Shown piece after piece: positions 61,821 to 64,000 of a stretch of 64,000 nt of DNA. The stretch spans positions 3,677,782 to 3,741,781 of the forward strand of contig MU057102.1 in NCBI GenBank assembly GCA_013239625.1. Reading direction: 5' to 3'. Below the pieces are notes generated by a model. The model was not told the DNA's origin. It saw only the letters and a list, made by a program, of their open reading frames with translations, and searched no databases. Origin of the DNA: Lama guanicoe. Taxonomy: Eukaryota. The stretch's first letter is position 1; each line of letters begins with the position of its first letter. Position numbers and translations under genes: made by a program.

Positions 61821-62259
61821 ATGACTGCTAATGCCAGGACTGTTATGAAACCTACCTCATGTTTATGGAGATCAGGGCCCCACCCTGCCCACTGTCCCAG
61901 CAGGGGACTCTCAGCTCCAAGCCTGACAGAGGGAATGGAGGACACATGGGTAGCGGGGACAGGTCTCACCGCCAGGACGTCTTGATACCGCTGGGGTTGC
62001 CCCCTTGGGAGGCTCCTGGTCTGCACCAGAGTAGTGTCCTGGGCCAGGGGGGCCACCAGGCTGCCCTGGGGGGCCACCAGCCTCTTCAGACTCCTGGGGT
62101 CGACTAGGCAAACTCTGGAGCCTGCCCCAGGCTTCCCCATATTGGGTAGCCACTCAGCTAGGAAACCTCCGTGGCACCCCAAAACCGCACAGAACCGGCG
62201 GACAGAGAGGACCCCCCAATCACATCTGGAGAGATCTGCAGTAGGCGCTCCTCATTTGG

Positions 62260-63090
62260 TTGGATGCGACGGGGATCCCAGAGGCCTGGGGCGGGGCTCG
62301 CGGTGGTGGTCCGGGAAGAGCGCACAGCGGGATAGGTGCGGTATGGGCCGCTCGGACCTCGATTTTCCCTTGCGGAGCGCTCACCAGAAGCCGGTGCTCC
62401 TCCAGAAGGGCCGCAGGGGCCGTAGCGCTCGGGCCGCGTCCACGCGCACCAGGTGCGGAGCCTCGGCAGCCGCTGGAGACGCGGCCAGAAGCGCGACCAG
62501 GAGCGGAAGCAGCGCGGGTCGGGGGTGCGGGGGGCGCATGGCAGGGGCGCCGGGGCACCCCAACCCTATAGACCCACCCGACCTTTGTCGCTCCCGGAGC
62601 CGAGGTCCGCGCCCCACGGCCGGTTCCGCCTCCGGGTTGCGCGCCACGTGACCGCCGGCGCCGGGAGGGGCCTCGGCAGGAACGGGCCAGGAGGGGTCTG
62701 GCCGGCGGTGGGAGGTGGGAGGGGCCGGGGCGGTGGGCGAGGAAGCGGGTTAGTGGACGTGAGGTCGCGGACCCGGGTCGGTGGGCGTGGGGCGGAGCGG
62801 GCCCCCAGAAAGTGGTGGGTGTGCGCGGAGTCGGGCGGAAGGTGGGAGGCGGTGCCGGGGTAGTGAGGAGGTGGGGCTGGAGCCTGGGGCCGTGGACGTG
62901 GCGGCGGGGCCGGGGCAGTAGGTGTAGGGGGCGCAGGGTCGGCAGCCCCCAGCAGGTAGCGCCCCTCTGTCCCCTCCCGCGCTGAAGCGCTGAGCGCGCT
63001 GTGGGCACTGGACGACACTTGGAAAGCGCCTGGTTTTTAGCCGCACGGGTGAGAACCGTCATCTGCAACGCTTCGTAAGTAAGGTCGGCC
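62260..63090 (-). promoter_or_regulatory. IDUA: IDUA CpG-island promoter with GC boxes and CLEAR-type E-box (GTCACGTGGC, 62652-62643)
   Basis: CpG-dense and TATA-less. GGGGCGG boxes. CLEAR-like motif about 105 bp upstream of the ATG, as expected for a lysosomal hydrolase. Confidence 0.8.
62385..62539 (-). CDS. IDUA: IDUA exon 1 (signal peptide); alpha-L-iduronidase, GH39
   Basis: Kozak gccATG at 62539. [52 protein letters not shown]. Donor TG|GTGAGC, 155 nt. Confidence 0.96.
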
Positions 63091-63559
63091 CTCGGAGCAG
63101 GGAGGAGCCTAACGCATGGCTCAGACCTGCGATGGTTGGGCGGTGGGCAGAGGTGGTCAGATGTGGGACACATTTGGAAGGTGGACTGGTGACCCTAAGG
63201 AATTTGACTGCAGCAGCGTGGGGGTGTGCCGTTTTCGGAGAGGGGCGCGGTTGTAAAGCAGCAGGAGTGGTCAGAGAGCTAAGTTGCCTTTAAGAAGCCA
63301 AGTGGACGTCCCTTCAGGACAGCCAGGCAGCCTGGCCTGGGTGTTGGGGAGGTGGCAGTCAGCGGTGTAGATGTTTAAGCTGTCAGCTGCATGCAGATGC
63401 TGCATGTGTGTGTCTGTACACCTGCCTGTCCTGGAGGGCGCACAGCATCTTCCCCACCAACCGAAGGTCTCGGAACCCAGGGGAGGACCACTTCCCTGCA
63501 CGTCCTCCCTCAGTCAGTAAAACCCACCCGGAGGCAGTCACTGTTGCCAGTCCCTTGGG

Positions 63560-64000
63560 TTGGTGACAGAGACAGCATCTGAAGAGACAGGAACTGATAA
63601 TGTTCTTAAAGTGATGGAAGCCATCCAGCCACAGAATCAAGAGGTGCTCTGTAGCCAGAGGAAAAGTAGAAAGAAAGCAGAATCCAAGCTTCTAATGAAA
63701 AGCTGAAACCAAAGACAAAGGGAACACCTTCAAAGCAGCAGGAGGAAAACAGGGCCTGCAACCCTTGAAGTGCGGAACCACAGGGGAGAACACTGACTTC
63801 CAGCCTAGGCGACTGAAACCAGCAGACGAGGAAACAAAAACTTCAAGGCAAGTAACTCATAGCCAGACTTCTACCTCCAGCAAAAAGTCTACTTTGAAAG
63901 CGGAGGTCAAATAAAGACACTCCAGAGAAACAAAGTCTGAACATGTGTCTCCACTGACCCCCTTTACAGAAGCGGTGATTGGTGTCCTTCCAGGAAAAGA
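63560..64000 (+). mobile_element. Decayed L1 ORF1 fragment, running off the window
   Basis: A-rich; ccagacttctacctccagcaaaaagtctactttgaaa...aaataaagacac resembles the L1 ORF1 C-terminal region. Confidence 0.6.

Overview
This is GC-rich mammalian genomic DNA, not prokaryotic. It is the conserved FGFRL1-IDUA-SLC26A1 block (human 4p16.3 synteny) shown in reverse orientation. A camelid-type tRNA-derived SINE suggests a camel, llama or alpaca genome (inference). Three intact spliced genes were reconstructed by hand from splice sites and reading frame. FGFRL1 (minus strand) has 6 coding exons, 32874->21214, 504 aa. IDUA (minus strand) has 14 exons, 62539->47399, 643 aa, with a GC-AG intron 11. SLC26A1 (plus strand) has 2 coding exons, 57917->60753, 706 aa; it is nested antisense in IDUA intron 2 and its predicted 3'UTR crosses IDUA exon 2. 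Also present: CpG-island promoters (the FGFRL1 one contains a 272-nt assembly gap), a ~4.4 kb decayed LINE-1, an MLT1 solo LTR, MIR/L2/L1 fragments and microsatellites. Bases 1-20,300 have no recognisable gene. Most six-frame ORFs are chance products of high GC. I see no new enzyme or defence system. The best leads are regulatory or lineage-specific: opposing CLEAR (IDUA) and ARE/AP-1 (SLC26A1) promoters with exonic antisense overlap, convergent CTCF motifs bracketing FGFRL1, a CpG/NRF1 patch inside an old L1, an unexplained 606-codon ORF, and protein changes (IDUA early stop and extra sequons, FGFRL1 Ig2 Lys loss). Comparisons with human proteins are from memory and need confirming by alignment.
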